64,000 nt of DNA from Spirochaetia bacterium (GTDB taxonomy: Bacteria > Spirochaetota > Spirochaetia > CADAEX01), in assembly GCA_017642445.1 (NCBI GenBank), contig JAGCPA010000089.1:368-64367 (forward strand). Reading direction: 5' to 3'. Positions 29,636-39,694 of the stretch are shown here, piece after piece (positions within the stretch are counted from its first letter, which is position 1; each line of letters opens with the position of its first letter). The position numbers and the translations under genes are program-made. The notes beneath the pieces are model-generated. The model was not told where the DNA came from, did no database searches, and saw only the letters and a list, made by a program, of their open reading frames with translations.

Positions 29636-30746
29636 TCAGCTGTTCTCCTTGTTCTGCCAGAGCAGCTTGAGGTATTCTTCTATGAAGTAGTCGATGTTTC
29701 CATCCATGACACTCTGGATATTTCCAACCTCGGCCTTGGTCCGGTGATCCTTGACCATGGTATAAGGCTGGAATACATAGCTCCGGATCTGGCTTCCCCA
29801 GGCCATCTCTTTCTTCTCCTGGGCATTCTTCTCCTTCTCCTCCTCCTGCTTAGCCTTGTAGTATTCATAAAGTCTGGAGCGGAGCACCTTCATGGCCATA
29901 GCCCGGTTCTTGATCTGGCTCCGTTCGTTCTGGCACTGCACTACAATGCCTGTCTCGAAGTGGGTTATCCGGACGGCGGAATCGGTCTTGTTTACATGCT
30001 GACCGCCGGCACCGGAGGAGCGGTAAGTATCTATTCTTATATCCTCGGGCTTGATATCAATCTCTATGCTGTCGTCGATGACAGGCGATACATATACAGA
30101 TACGAAAGAGGTGTGCCGGCGGGCGTTGGCGTCGAAGGGGGATATGCGCACCAGACGGTGGATTCCCGATTCGCATTTAAGGTAGCCGTAAGCATAGTCC
30201 CCTTCCACCTGGATGGTGACAGACTTGATGCCGCCCTCGGCCTCAAGCAGGTCGGCAATCTCGATCTTGAAGTTGTGCCGTTCGGCCCAGCGGGTATACA
30301 TGCGGTAAAGCATGCTGGCCCAGTCGCAGGCCTCGGTTCCGCCGGCTCCGGCGTGTATGGTTACGAATGCGTTGCAGCCGTCGGTCTCCTCGCTGAACAG
30401 CGCCAGGGTACGGAGCCGGCTGTATTCGTTTTTCATCTTCTCTATAGTGGATGCTATGTCTGCCTCGAAGGACTCATCCTTCTCTGCCACAGCAAGATCG
30501 TACAGGTCTACAGTATCATCCAGAAGCCCTTTCAGCTCTTTCCATGGGTTTATGAGATCCTTCTTCCGCTTGATCTCGCCCATCACGCGCTCTGCTTCCT
30601 CCCGGTTGTTCCAGAAGCCTTCGGCAGCTGTCTTGGCCTCCAGGTCTGCTATCTCCTTCTCGATCCTTTCGGAGTCAAAGATGCCCCCAGGTCTCTAATA
30701 TTTCGTCTTTAAGCTGTGAAAGTTCCAGTTTATAATCTTCAAGCAT
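29636..30746 (-). CDS. prfB: Peptide chain release factor 2, with its programmed +1 ribosomal frameshift.
   Basis: ATG at 30746 with a GGAGG RBS. ORF0, MLEDYKLELSQLKDEILETWGHL, ends at CTT TGA C (30680..30675), preceded by the SD-like TGGGGG. A +1 shift joins it to the 316 aa frame that contains SGAGGQHVNKTDSAVRITH. Confidence 0.85.
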
Positions 30747-30805
30747 ATAAGCCTCCGATTATATATTACTGTAAAATGTGATATAAATCAATGATTAGAA
30801 ATCTA

Positions 30806-31447
30806 TTAATATAATGTGACGGTGCAGCTCTTTCCTGACAGCTCTGCTACTGCGTAATGTCCCTCGCGCCAGGAGCCTGGATTGACAACTGTAGTCTGCC
30901 CTATCCTGAAGATGCCGGACGCCTCGTGGATATGGCCGCTGAGACACAGCACGGGGCTGTTCATCCGCAGGTATTCTGTAAGCTTCTTGCTCCCCACATG
31001 CATCACCTTCATCACTGTATCCCCTGCCCCGTATGGCGGCTGGTGGGAGATGATGATATCTGGAGTTTCTTTGAATGAGCGGAGAACCTCGACCAGGTCG
31101 TTCTCGGACCAGGTGTTGGGGGTCGGCCTAGGGGTGTGTAGAGAGCCTCCTATTCCAGCCAGCACATAGCGCTCTGAGCCTTTGCTGAAAGTTACGCTCC
31201 TCCCCTGGATAGAGAGTCCTTTTTCCGAGAGGATTCCATCAAGGTCAGGAGTGTCGCAGTTGCCGCACACCATATAGGTGGCAGGGTTGAGGGATGCCAG
31301 CTTCTCTGCCACCCTGAGCCCCTCATCGGTCGGGAGGAACATGGTGAAATCGCCGGCGCAGAGCACCAGGTCGGCCTCTGCCAGCTTATCTTTTATAGAA
31401 TCGAAATTGTCGTTGCCATGGATATCGGAGATAAGGAAAAGTTTCAT
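30806..31447 (-). CDS. Calcineurin-like metallophosphoesterase (YfcE-like).
   Basis: MKLFLISDIHGN and GDFT motifs. Confidence 0.75.
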   Translation of the reverse strand: MKLFLISDIHGNDNFDSIKDKLAEADLVLCAGDFTMFLPTDEGLRVAEKLASLNPATYMVCGNCDTPDLDGILSEKGLSIQGRSVTFSKGSERYVLAGIGGSLHTPRPTPNTWSENDLVEVLRSFKETPDIIISHQPPYGAGDTVMKVMHVGSKKLTEYLRMNSPVLCLSGHIHEASGIFRIGQTTVVNPGSWREGHYAVAELSGKSCTVTLY

Positions 31448-31824
31448 GCATCCTCCTGGTAGAGCACAGAGTTCTTCTCGGTCTCAAACACCTCGACCCC
31501 GGTCAGGCGGACACCGGAAGGAAGAAGAGTCTTGAGGGAATCGAATATGTAGCGGCTTATGTTCTCGGCACTGGGCTCAAGATCCTTGAATATTGTGGCA
31601 TTCAGATCCTGATGGTCCAAGGTTTCCAGCACACTCTTAAGGTTCTTCTTTAGGACAGAGAAATCGATGAGCATTCCCCCCTCGTCCAGATGCTTCCCTG
31701 AGACAAAGACCTTGACCCTGTAGTTGTGGCCATGGGGATTCTCGCACTTGCCATGATACTTCCTCAGATAATGGGCCGCCGCAAACCAATCCTCGACGCA
31801 GAGTGTATACATTATTCCCTCCAA
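31444..31824 (-). CDS. queD: 6-carboxy-5,6,7,8-tetrahydropterin synthase.
   Basis: 126 aa with the CENPHGHNYRV zinc-binding motif. Confidence 0.8.
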   Translation of the reverse strand: MEGIMYTLCVEDWFAAAHYLRKYHGKCENPHGHNYRVKVFVSGKHLDEGGMLIDFSVLKKNLKSVLETLDHQDLNATIFKDLEPSAENISRYIFDSLKTLLPSGVRLTGVEVFETEKNSVLYQEDA

Positions 31825-31863
31825 ACCTTGAAGATTTCTACTAATACTGATAACATATTATAC

Positions 31864-33351
31864 ATGAAAAAACTATCGGATTTGCTTAAACATTGCAATA
31901 TTGATGAGATTATCGGTTCAAAGGATATTCCGGTGGCCGGAGTCACCTACGATTCCAGGCGGGCAGACAAGGATTTTGCCTTCTTTGCCTTCGACGGCAT
32001 CCACACCGACGGCAATAAATTCATAGGCTCTGCCATTGAGAAAGGAGCTACTGTCATATTCTCTGCAAAGATGCCTCAGGAGCGTTCAGAAGGGGTCACC
32101 TACATAAGAACCGGCAATATCCGGAGAACTATGTCTGCCTTCGCCTGCGCGCTGTACGACGACCCGTCATCAAAGCTCAAAGTGATAGGAGTGACCGGCA
32201 CCGACGGCAAGAGCTCATCCATCTATTTCCTATATCAGATGCTGAATATGCTTGGAGAGAAGACTGGTTTCCTCTCCACTGTGGCCTATTCTGACGGCGA
32301 TGCAATAGCAAAGAATCCATACCGGCAGTCCACCCCCGAATCTTCCGAGGTGATGATGATCCTGGACGAGATGGTGCAGAAAGGGTGTAAATATGCTGCC
32401 CTTGAGTCCACATCCCACGGCCTTTCGGAACGCACCATGCGCCTTATCGACGTGAAGTACCAGGCCGGAATACTTACAAACATAACGCACGAGCATCTTG
32501 AGTTCCACGGAACTATAGAAAAATATGCAGACGATAAGGCCAACCTGTTCCGGAAGGCCAGCCTGTTCAATGTTGTGAATGCAGCAGACAAGTTTGCACC
32601 CCACTTTACCGAAGCCTCCAAGGTGCCAGTCTACCGTTATGCTCTGGATCCAAAGGTGCCAGATCTGGACATCTGCCCAATCGACATCAAGGCCGACAAC
32701 AGCGGCACCAGCTTCAAGCTTATGTATGAGGGAAAGGCCTATCCATGCCGCATAAATATACCAGGCCTTTTCAATGTGGAGAACTTCATGGCCACTGCCC
32801 TTGCAGTGATCAAGATAACAGGAATAGAGCCCGGGAAAGTCTTTGCGCTCAGCAGCTCCATCAAGTCGGTTAAAGGCAGGATGGAAGTTGTGAATATGGG
32901 GCAGGACTTTGATGTGATAGTAGATTATGCCCACACTCCGGGAGCCTTCACCAAGCTGTTCCCTATGATGCGCGCATCATGCAGAGGACGCCTTATGGCA
33001 GTGTTCGGGTCGGCAGGAGAGAGGGACACCGAGAAGCGCCCTATCCAGGGGGAGATTGCATCAAAGTACTGCGACATCCTGATACTTGCGGACGAGGATC
33101 CTCGGGGCGAGACCAGTATGGGTGTGATTGATGACATCGCCGCAGGTGTTGTGCCTGAATTTGATAAAAATAACCTGTATAAGATTCCGGACAGAGTCCA
33201 GGCTATAGAGAAAGCAGTATCCTTGGCAAAGAAAGGGGACACCATCCTTCTTCTGGGGAAAGGGCATGAGTCTACAATAATCTATAAGGATGGACCTATT
33301 CCCTGGGATGAGCGGACTGCTGCAGAGAATGCCCTGAAAAAGCTCAGATAA
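31864..33351 (+). CDS. murE: UDP-N-acetylmuramoyl-L-alanyl-D-glutamate--2,6-diaminopimelate ligase (Mur ligase).
   Basis: GVTGTDGKSS P-loop and Mur ligase middle and C-terminal domains. The start is set at MKKLSDLL (31864). Confidence 0.85.
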   Translation: MKKLSDLLKHCNIDEIIGSKDIPVAGVTYDSRRADKDFAFFAFDGIHTDGNKFIGSAIEKGATVIFSAKMPQERSEGVTYIRTGNIRRTMSAFACALYDDPSSKLKVIGVTGTDGKSSSIYFLYQMLNMLGEKTGFLSTVAYSDGDAIAKNPYRQSTPESSEVMMILDEMVQKGCKYAALESTSHGLSERTMRLIDVKYQAGILTNITHEHLEFHGTIEKYADDKANLFRKASLFNVVNAADKFAPHFTEASKVPVYRYALDPKVPDLDICPIDIKADNSGTSFKLMYEGKAYPCRINIPGLFNVENFMATALAVIKITGIEPGKVFALSSSIKSVKGRMEVVNMGQDFDVIVDYAHTPGAFTKLFPMMRASCRGRLMAVFGSAGERDTEKRPIQGEIASKYCDILILADEDPRGETSMGVIDDIAAGVVPEFDKNNLYKIPDRVQAIEKAVSLAKKGDTILLLGKGHESTIIYKDGPIPWDERTAAENALKKLR

Positions 33352-34141
33352 TTCCTTTCCGTGAATTGGTGAGACGGGCTCTGAGCCTGGTTATAGCCTT
33401 GGTATGGAGCTGCGAAACACGGGACTCGGTGACCTCAAGGACTTTTCCGATTTCCTTTAAGGTAAGCTCCTCATAATAGTAGAGAACCAGCACTTTCTGC
33501 TCCTTCTCAGGGAGCTCCTTGATAGACTCTGCTATTATCCTCTTCATCTCTTCCTTCTCGACTATCACATCAGGATTAAGGCTGGAAGGAGCCTCAAGGC
33601 TGTCCATAAGTGAGATCTTGTCGTCCCCTTTGTTGTTGTTCCATAAATCGTTAAGGGAGAGAATTGATGTGCAGCTGACTTTATACACATCCTCACGGTA
33701 CTCTTCGGGAGAGATCTTAAGGCATTCTGCAACCTCTTCGTCGGTGGCAGAGCGGCCCAGCTTCTCCTCGGTTATGCGGACAGCCTCCTCAATCACCCTG
33801 GCCTTCTGCCGCACAGAGCGCGGAACCCAGTCCAGGGTGCGGAGCTCGTCATAGATTGCACCGCGGATACGGGTTATAGCATAGGTCTTGAACTTCACAT
33901 TCTTGTCTGGCTCGAACTTCTCTACAGCATCCAGAAGCCCAACAATACCACAGTTCACCAGGTCGCCGAATTCAACGCTCGGAGGCATTCCGATAGAGAG
34001 CCGTCCGGCAACATATTTTGCCAGAGGAGCATATTTGCTGACTATAATATTTCTCAGCTCAATAGACCGTGTCTTTTTATATTCAGCCCAGATTCTCTGT
34101 TCTTCTTCCGGGTTTTCTACAACTGGTTTCTTAAATTTCAT
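33344..34141 (-). CDS. fliA: Flagellar sigma factor sigma-28 (FliA/WhiG).
   Basis: Sigma-70 region 2 and region 4 (LKEIGKVLEVTESRVSQL). It lies 9 nt downstream of flhF. Confidence 0.85.
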   Translation of the reverse strand: MKFKKPVVENPEEEQRIWAEYKKTRSIELRNIIVSKYAPLAKYVAGRLSIGMPPSVEFGDLVNCGIVGLLDAVEKFEPDKNVKFKTYAITRIRGAIYDELRTLDWVPRSVRQKARVIEEAVRITEEKLGRSATDEEVAECLKISPEEYREDVYKVSCTSILSLNDLWNNNKGDDKISLMDSLEAPSSLNPDVIVEKEEMKRIIAESIKELPEKEQKVLVLYYYEELTLKEIGKVLEVTESRVSQLHTKAITRLRARLTNSRKGII

Positions 34142-34150
34142 ATTACCTCT

Positions 34151-35140
34151 CTATACTGCATCAAAACCTTCAAGAAATTCAAGCACTCTATCGCTTTTTG
34201 CACTCTCTATCCCAGAGGTGATCTTCTGCCCCACAGTTATGTAGGCAAGGCTTTTTCCTGTCTGCTGCAGAGCGCTTATCACATTTCCTGCATGATATGT
34301 CTCGTCCATCTTGGTACAGATGACTGCATTGAAATTCAACATATTGTACTGTCCTATAATCTCAAACAAGTCAGATACCTTGGTAGTTGCACTCACTGCA
34401 AGAAGTTTCTCCACTTCCCTTCCGCATCCGCCAAGGATATCGCCTACTCCGATCAATGCCTTTGAATCCCTGGGGTTGCGGCCCACTGTATCCACTATTA
34501 TCCTGTCTGCCTTTGAGCTCCAGAATTCAATCTGCTGCCTCATTCCAGCCGGGGTTCCAATCGACACCACCGGGATATTCATTCCAGATGCCAGGGCTGT
34601 GATCTGAGCCTCGGCCCCGATCTTATACTTGTCGGTGGAGATGATGCCCACCCGTTTTCCCAGCTTGAGCCAGCTGGCCGCAAGCTTTGCCACTGCTGTA
34701 GTCTTTCCTACACCAGACGGGCCTATAACAGCAGTTATAGCTGGAATAAAGAGATTTTTACTCTGATATGTCTTAATATCGCCACATATTATATCCCGGG
34801 TCTGTTTTATCACATAGCCCCAGCTCTTAAGGCTCTCCTCGTGGGAAGACTTTTCCAGCATAGAGGTGATCCGCTGGATATAAGAGGGAGAGAAATCGTT
34901 TTTCTCCAGAAGCTCTGAAAGTTTTTTCAAAGTCTCGGGAACTGTCTCAGGGGTCCGGGGCTGGAATACGGAATCGCTGACATATCCGGTGACACACCAC
35001 CCTTCTCTCTTACCGAAGCCAAGTATGCCGCCAAGCATCACCTTCTTACGGTTCATTATGTGGATATGCTGACCATATTTCTGCCGGATGCTCTCTAGAA
35101 GAGCATTGTAATCCAGCCCCGATTCCTCAAAATATTCCAT
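34151..35140 (-). CDS. flhF: Flagellar biosynthesis GTPase FlhF.
   Basis: SRP-type GTPase motifs GPSGVGKTT, DTVGR and TKMDET. Confidence 0.8.
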   Translation of the reverse strand: MEYFEESGLDYNALLESIRQKYGQHIHIMNRKKVMLGGILGFGKREGWCVTGYVSDSVFQPRTPETVPETLKKLSELLEKNDFSPSYIQRITSMLEKSSHEESLKSWGYVIKQTRDIICGDIKTYQSKNLFIPAITAVIGPSGVGKTTAVAKLAASWLKLGKRVGIISTDKYKIGAEAQITALASGMNIPVVSIGTPAGMRQQIEFWSSKADRIIVDTVGRNPRDSKALIGVGDILGGCGREVEKLLAVSATTKVSDLFEIIGQYNMLNFNAVICTKMDETYHAGNVISALQQTGKSLAYITVGQKITSGIESAKSDRVLEFLEGFDAV

Positions 35141-37179
35141 CAGTCCTTATCCTGTATCTCCACCTGTCCATGGAACTCATTCTGAACTCCATCTGCAAGC
35201 TCCAGCACCGACATCACACAGAGCTGCGGCACAGCCTGCTTGACCGCCGGCCTTGACTGCTCCATGCACAGAAGCACCGGCTTAAAGCCTTTTGCCCTTA
35301 TCTCTCCTGCAAACTTAAGAGCAGAATCGGAGAGCTTCTTCTCAAAATCTATATCAAGAGTCTTTGAAGCAGAGATAACCTGCTCCACATCTGGTGACAG
35401 CGTAATGACATGAAGTTTTCTGTCCTTGGAAAGGGCAGATGCCGAGATCTGACGGGCCAGTGCCTGCCGTGTCTTCTCGGTCAGGAATGTGATATCCTTG
35501 GACTTTGGGGCAGCATCGCACAGCGCCTCCAGTACAGTGACAAGATCCCTGACAGAGACCTGCTCCTTAAGCAGATTCTGGATAACTTTGTGTATCTCTC
35601 CCAGAGATAGAAGCCCTTTGACCTCGTCCACCACTGCAGGGGCACTTTTGGCAACCTCGTCCAGCATGGCAGATAGCTCCTGCCGCCCCAGAAGAGTCGG
35701 AGCATTGAGTTTCACCACCTCGGTAAGATGTGTGATTATAAGGGATGGGACATCGGAGATAAAATAGCCTTTGGCCCGTGCAGATTCCTTCTCATCTTCG
35801 GAGATCCAATAGGAACGGCTGCCGGAAACAGGCTCTTTTACAGGCTCTCCATCGAGCTCAGGGCACACTCCGTCAAAATCTACAGCCAGATATTTTCCCA
35901 TCCGCACCGATGACCTGTCAGCCTCTATATCCCGTATTTTTATGCAGTATTCCGACCTGCCTAGGCCGAGGTTATCTTTAATTCTTACTTTAGGTGCGGC
36001 AAAGCCAAGCTCAAGGGCAACCTGGTTCCGCAGCCCTGTTATCCTGTCGAGGAAGTCGTTCTTGCCACTTACCAGAGGAACTAAGGAAGCGCCCAGCTCC
36101 AGCGATACCGGATCCACCTTCTGCACCGCAGGAATAGTTATGTTGCGGGCATGCTCAGCCTTTCCCTCTGCCTCGCTGTCCGGAGCTTTTTCCTCCCGGG
36201 CAGAGCCTACATCACGCCACATCCGGAGCCCGGCCAGGAATGCAATTATTCCAAGCGGAATAAGCACATACCATACACGGCGGAAACCTGGAAGAATAGC
36301 AAGGAACATGGCAAAGAAGCCGGAGATCATGAAGACACCGGGCTCCTTTGCGAACTGGGATGCAAACTCCTCAGCGAAGCTGTCGTTGGAGACAGCCCTG
36401 GTCACAATCATGGCAGTCGCAGTAGAGATAAGGAGGGCTGGGAACTGAGTCACAAGGCCGTCGCCGATGGTAAGGGTTGTATAGTTCCTGACTGCATCGG
36501 AGAAAAGCTCGTGCTTGAAGCAGACGCCAACTATGAGGCCTCCGAAGATATTGACCAATGTTATGAGTATTCCGACCTTCACGTTTCCAGAGACAAACTT
36601 TGAGGCACCATCCATGGCAGAATAGAAATCAACCTCCTGCCGCAGGGCAGCTCTCCGCCGCATTCCCTCTTCTGCAGATATAGCGCCGCTTGAGACCTGG
36701 GAATCGATTGAGAGGTTCTTCTGGACCATGCTGTCCAAAGTGAACCTTGCCGCAACCTCGGCAGACCTGGTGGCACCGCGGGTTATAACTATAAGCTGGA
36801 CTGCGATCAGAATAATGAAGATTATGACACCGATAACCAGCGACTCGCTGCCGGCTCCACCGACAACAAACCGGGAGAATGCCCTGATTATTCGGCCGTC
36901 GAAAGCAGCACCACGCAGAAGGATAAGCCTGGTGGATGATATATTCAGACCAAGGCCGAAGACTGTGGCGATGAGAAGAAGTGTCGGGAATATGGAGAAT
37001 TCAGACGGCTTCTTTGAATAGAGGACTATGAGGATTATTGCAAGGCTGCCCATTAGATTCAGGGCCATGAAAGCATCCAGAAGCGGAGTCGGGAGCGGTA
37101 TAAGCATCATGGCTATAACCACAATGATACCTATCGCTATGAAATAGTCTTTTCTGCTTTTTCCTGTATTGCTTCTCAT
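35140..37179 (-). CDS. flhA: Flagellar biosynthesis protein FlhA.
   Basis: 679 aa with a conserved N-terminal TM region and the FHIPEP motif region. Confidence 0.9.
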   Translation of the reverse strand: MRSNTGKSRKDYFIAIGIIVVIAMMLIPLPTPLLDAFMALNLMGSLAIILIVLYSKKPSEFSIFPTLLLIATVFGLGLNISSTRLILLRGAAFDGRIIRAFSRFVVGGAGSESLVIGVIIFIILIAVQLIVITRGATRSAEVAARFTLDSMVQKNLSIDSQVSSGAISAEEGMRRRAALRQEVDFYSAMDGASKFVSGNVKVGILITLVNIFGGLIVGVCFKHELFSDAVRNYTTLTIGDGLVTQFPALLISTATAMIVTRAVSNDSFAEEFASQFAKEPGVFMISGFFAMFLAILPGFRRVWYVLIPLGIIAFLAGLRMWRDVGSAREEKAPDSEAEGKAEHARNITIPAVQKVDPVSLELGASLVPLVSGKNDFLDRITGLRNQVALELGFAAPKVRIKDNLGLGRSEYCIKIRDIEADRSSVRMGKYLAVDFDGVCPELDGEPVKEPVSGSRSYWISEDEKESARAKGYFISDVPSLIITHLTEVVKLNAPTLLGRQELSAMLDEVAKSAPAVVDEVKGLLSLGEIHKVIQNLLKEQVSVRDLVTVLEALCDAAPKSKDITFLTEKTRQALARQISASALSKDRKLHVITLSPDVEQVISASKTLDIDFEKKLSDSALKFAGEIRAKGFKPVLLCMEQSRPAVKQAVPQLCVMSVLELADGVQNEFHGQVEIQDKD

Positions 37180-37180
37180 A

Positions 37181-37912
37181 TTATCTCCTCAGCATATCCT
37201 TGACCGCAGGATCTCCACTCTCCTGCTTTATCTCCTCAAGCACTTCACGCCGGGTCATCTTGAGCGACTCGGCATAGAATATGCGCTCAAATATATATTC
37301 AACCACAGCCAGGGCCAGAAGTGCCAAAGTCACCTCTGCCAGCAGCTTGACTGCTATGACAGCAAGAACCTTGGAGCTCCCCTCCAGGCTGTTGTCCAGC
37401 ATGGCACACAGCTTGGGCAGTTCGGCCCTGATGCCGACAAACAAAACCAAGGCTATAGCTACAGTCTTGATAAGGGCATGTCCCAGCTGGAAGCCGGTAC
37501 GCCGGCTGCTATGCTGCCGCCGCAGGCGGTCCCACCGGGGCTGCAGGGGTTTCCAGGAGAACTGGAAACCCACCTGGGCAAGCTCTGCAGCAAGTGCTGC
37601 TGAAAACACCACCAGCAGGAGCGGCAGCACTGCCTTGCAGAAGGTGCCCAGGGCGGCGGCAGCAAGTCTGGCATAACTGCCCTCATCCTCGGCCGCAAGC
37701 TCCACACACTGGCCCAAGAGCATTTTCAGCTCTGTCACCATATGTCTGCCCCAGAAGATCATAAACAGCAGCGCAGCCAGAACAGACACAACTGCAGTAA
37801 GCTCGCTGCTCCTGGCAACACGTCCTTCCTTCCTGGCCTTCTTTATCTTGCCAGGGGTCGCTTTTTCTGTCCTTCCCTCTTCGTCAGGAGCGTAGATGTC
37901 CATATCAGTCAT
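37181..37912 (-). CDS. flhB: Flagellar export protein FlhB, N-terminal transmembrane part only.
   Basis: Conserved N-terminus TEKATPGKIKKARKEGRVARS and four TM segments. It ends at ...EIKQESGDPAVKDMLRR-stop, and the flhA ATG follows at once. Confidence 0.75.
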   Translation of the reverse strand: MTDMDIYAPDEEGRTEKATPGKIKKARKEGRVARSSELTAVVSVLAALLFMIFWGRHMVTELKMLLGQCVELAAEDEGSYARLAAAALGTFCKAVLPLLLVVFSAALAAELAQVGFQFSWKPLQPRWDRLRRQHSSRRTGFQLGHALIKTVAIALVLFVGIRAELPKLCAMLDNSLEGSSKVLAVIAVKLLAEVTLALLALAVVEYIFERIFYAESLKMTRREVLEEIKQESGDPAVKDMLRR

Positions 37913-38640
37913 GAGGCGCCACCTCCCTTGAGAAGATCAGAAACAGCATAAAAGCCGTAATCCATAAACCGACCCAGGCTGTCCATGAGCACCGGCAGAA
38001 CCAGAGCAAGTATAAGCAGCCCAACTCCTATGAAAAGGGGCCAGGAGCCAGGGAAAAAGTTTATCTGCGGTGTCAGCCGGGCCAGAAGTCCAAGGACCAG
38101 TGTCATGATCAGGAGCACCCCGACCACCGGAAGAGCCATGACAACAGCCTGGGCAAACATATCGGCAAGCCCTGTAACTAAAAGCTTTGCCATACCCTGC
38201 TTACACTTAAGGATATCAAGGGCTGTCATAGCCTTGAAGGAGGCTGCAACCCCCATATAGAAAACCTTATAAAAGCCTGCCGCTGTCACAAATACTGCCA
38301 TGGCAGCCACATTCATAAGATTTTCTGTCTCGATCCTCACCGAGAGCATGCCGGAGACAGCGACACAGGCTGCATAGATGATCTGAAGGAAGAACCCGAT
38401 CACCAAGCCGATAAGAGCCTCTCCCAGCAGCATAGTCCAGAACACAAGCCCTTCGATGGAGCTGTCATATCTTTCAACCATGGCAGGTGCCACAACATAG
38501 GCGGTCAGGAGGGCAAGGGCTGCCTTGACAGCAACCGGCAGGCTGCGGCTTCCAAGAAGAGGAGCAGAGAGAATGAGGGCAAAGACCCTGGCAAAAACCA
38601 GAAAATAAAGCTGCGGGTGCTCTCCGATCCAAGCCATCAT
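37909..38640 (-). CDS. fliR: Flagellar biosynthetic protein FliR.
   Basis: 243 aa polytopic membrane protein. ATGA overlap with flhB. Confidence 0.8.
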   Translation of the reverse strand: MMAWIGEHPQLYFLVFARVFALILSAPLLGSRSLPVAVKAALALLTAYVVAPAMVERYDSSIEGLVFWTMLLGEALIGLVIGFFLQIIYAACVAVSGMLSVRIETENLMNVAAMAVFVTAAGFYKVFYMGVAASFKAMTALDILKCKQGMAKLLVTGLADMFAQAVVMALPVVGVLLIMTLVLGLLARLTPQINFFPGSWPLFIGVGLLILALVLPVLMDSLGRFMDYGFYAVSDLLKGGGAS

Positions 38641-38641
38641 G

Positions 38642-38914
38642 CTACCTCACCATCCTTGGAATAAGCCGGAATATCTCCAGCGCAAACTGCTGCATGGAGC
38701 CGAACATCCATGAGCCGAAAATAAGCACCACAACCAGGACTATAAGAATCTTCGGGACAAAGGAGAGGGTCTGCTCCTGCACCGAGAATGCAGCCTGTAT
38801 AATAGAGATGATAAGCCCCACCAGAAGGCTGGCCAGCAGAATGGGGGCAGAGACCAGAAGGACCTGTCCCAGCGCCTGCCTTAACAAATATGCAGCTGTT
38901 CCTGTATCCATCAT
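38642..38914 (-). CDS. fliQ: Flagellar biosynthetic protein FliQ.
   Basis: 90 aa with two TM segments. Confidence 0.85.
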   Translation of the reverse strand: MMDTGTAAYLLRQALGQVLLVSAPILLASLLVGLIISIIQAAFSVQEQTLSFVPKILIVLVVVLIFGSWMFGSMQQFALEIFRLIPRMVR

Positions 38915-38920
38915 CTACCT

Positions 38921-39694
38921 CTACATCACAAAGCTTGACAGAAGCTGTCCCACAATCAGATTCCAGCCGTCAACCAGCACAAACAGGATAAGCTTGAACG
39001 GCAGGGAGACCATTGCAGGGGGAACCATCACCATGCCCAGAGACATAAGGGCAGATGCCACAATCATATCTATGACAATGAAAGGAATGAACAGCAGTAT
39101 TCCTATCTTGAACGCTATGGTAAGCTCGTTGAGCGCAAAGGCTGGAACCAGGACATAGGTCGGCACCTCCGACAGGTTTGCCGGCTTAGGAAGGCCCCGC
39201 ATGCTCATGAAAAGCCTGATGTTGTCGGGATGGGCCTTGAGCTGGTTGTACATGAAGAGCCTCAATGGCTGCTCTGCCCTGGAATACATCTCCTGGGCAT
39301 CAATCTCCTCCTGGGAGAACGGCTTGAAGGAATCGTTGTAAATGTTCTCAAAAACCGGCCACATGACAAAGAGTGTAAGGAATATGGCAAGCCCCAGAAT
39401 AAGCTGATTTGGAGGGGTGTTCTGGAGCGAAAGGGAACGTTTTACGAAATCAAGCACTACTGCAATGCGGACAAAGCAGGTGGCAAGAAGCAGCACCGAT
39501 GGAGCAACCGCAATAACGGCCAGAAGAAGCAGAAGCTTTATGGACGATGCCATCTCCTTGTTTGAGCTGGAATCCTTGATATTTATCTCTAAGGATGGAA
39601 TGGCAGCCCCATCCTTATTCTCTGCCTCCTGGGCAAAGGAGAAAGCAGGGAGCAGAATACTAAGTAAAAGGATCAGAAGAACTGTTTTTCTCAT
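38921..39694 (-). CDS. fliP: Flagellar biosynthetic protein FliP.
   Basis: Signal peptide, and the conserved C-terminus PFKLILFVLVDGWNLIVGQLL. Confidence 0.9.
   Translation of the reverse strand: MRKTVLLILLLSILLPAFSFAQEAENKDGAAIPSLEINIKDSSSNKEMASSIKLLLLLAVIAVAPSVLLLATCFVRIAVVLDFVKRSLSLQNTPPNQLILGLAIFLTLFVMWPVFENIYNDSFKPFSQEEIDAQEMYSRAEQPLRLFMYNQLKAHPDNIRLFMSMRGLPKPANLSEVPTYVLVPAFALNELTIAFKIGILLFIPFIVIDMIVASALMSLGMVMVPPAMVSLPFKLILFVLVDGWNLIVGQLLSSFVM

Noticed and set aside
29744-30712. A 322 aa plus-strand ORF opposite prfB. Similar large antisense ORFs lie opposite metN (62038..63039), flhA (35942..36603) and fliY/fliO.
   Set aside because: They are antisense to conserved genes and their translations are low-complexity. 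They are artefacts.
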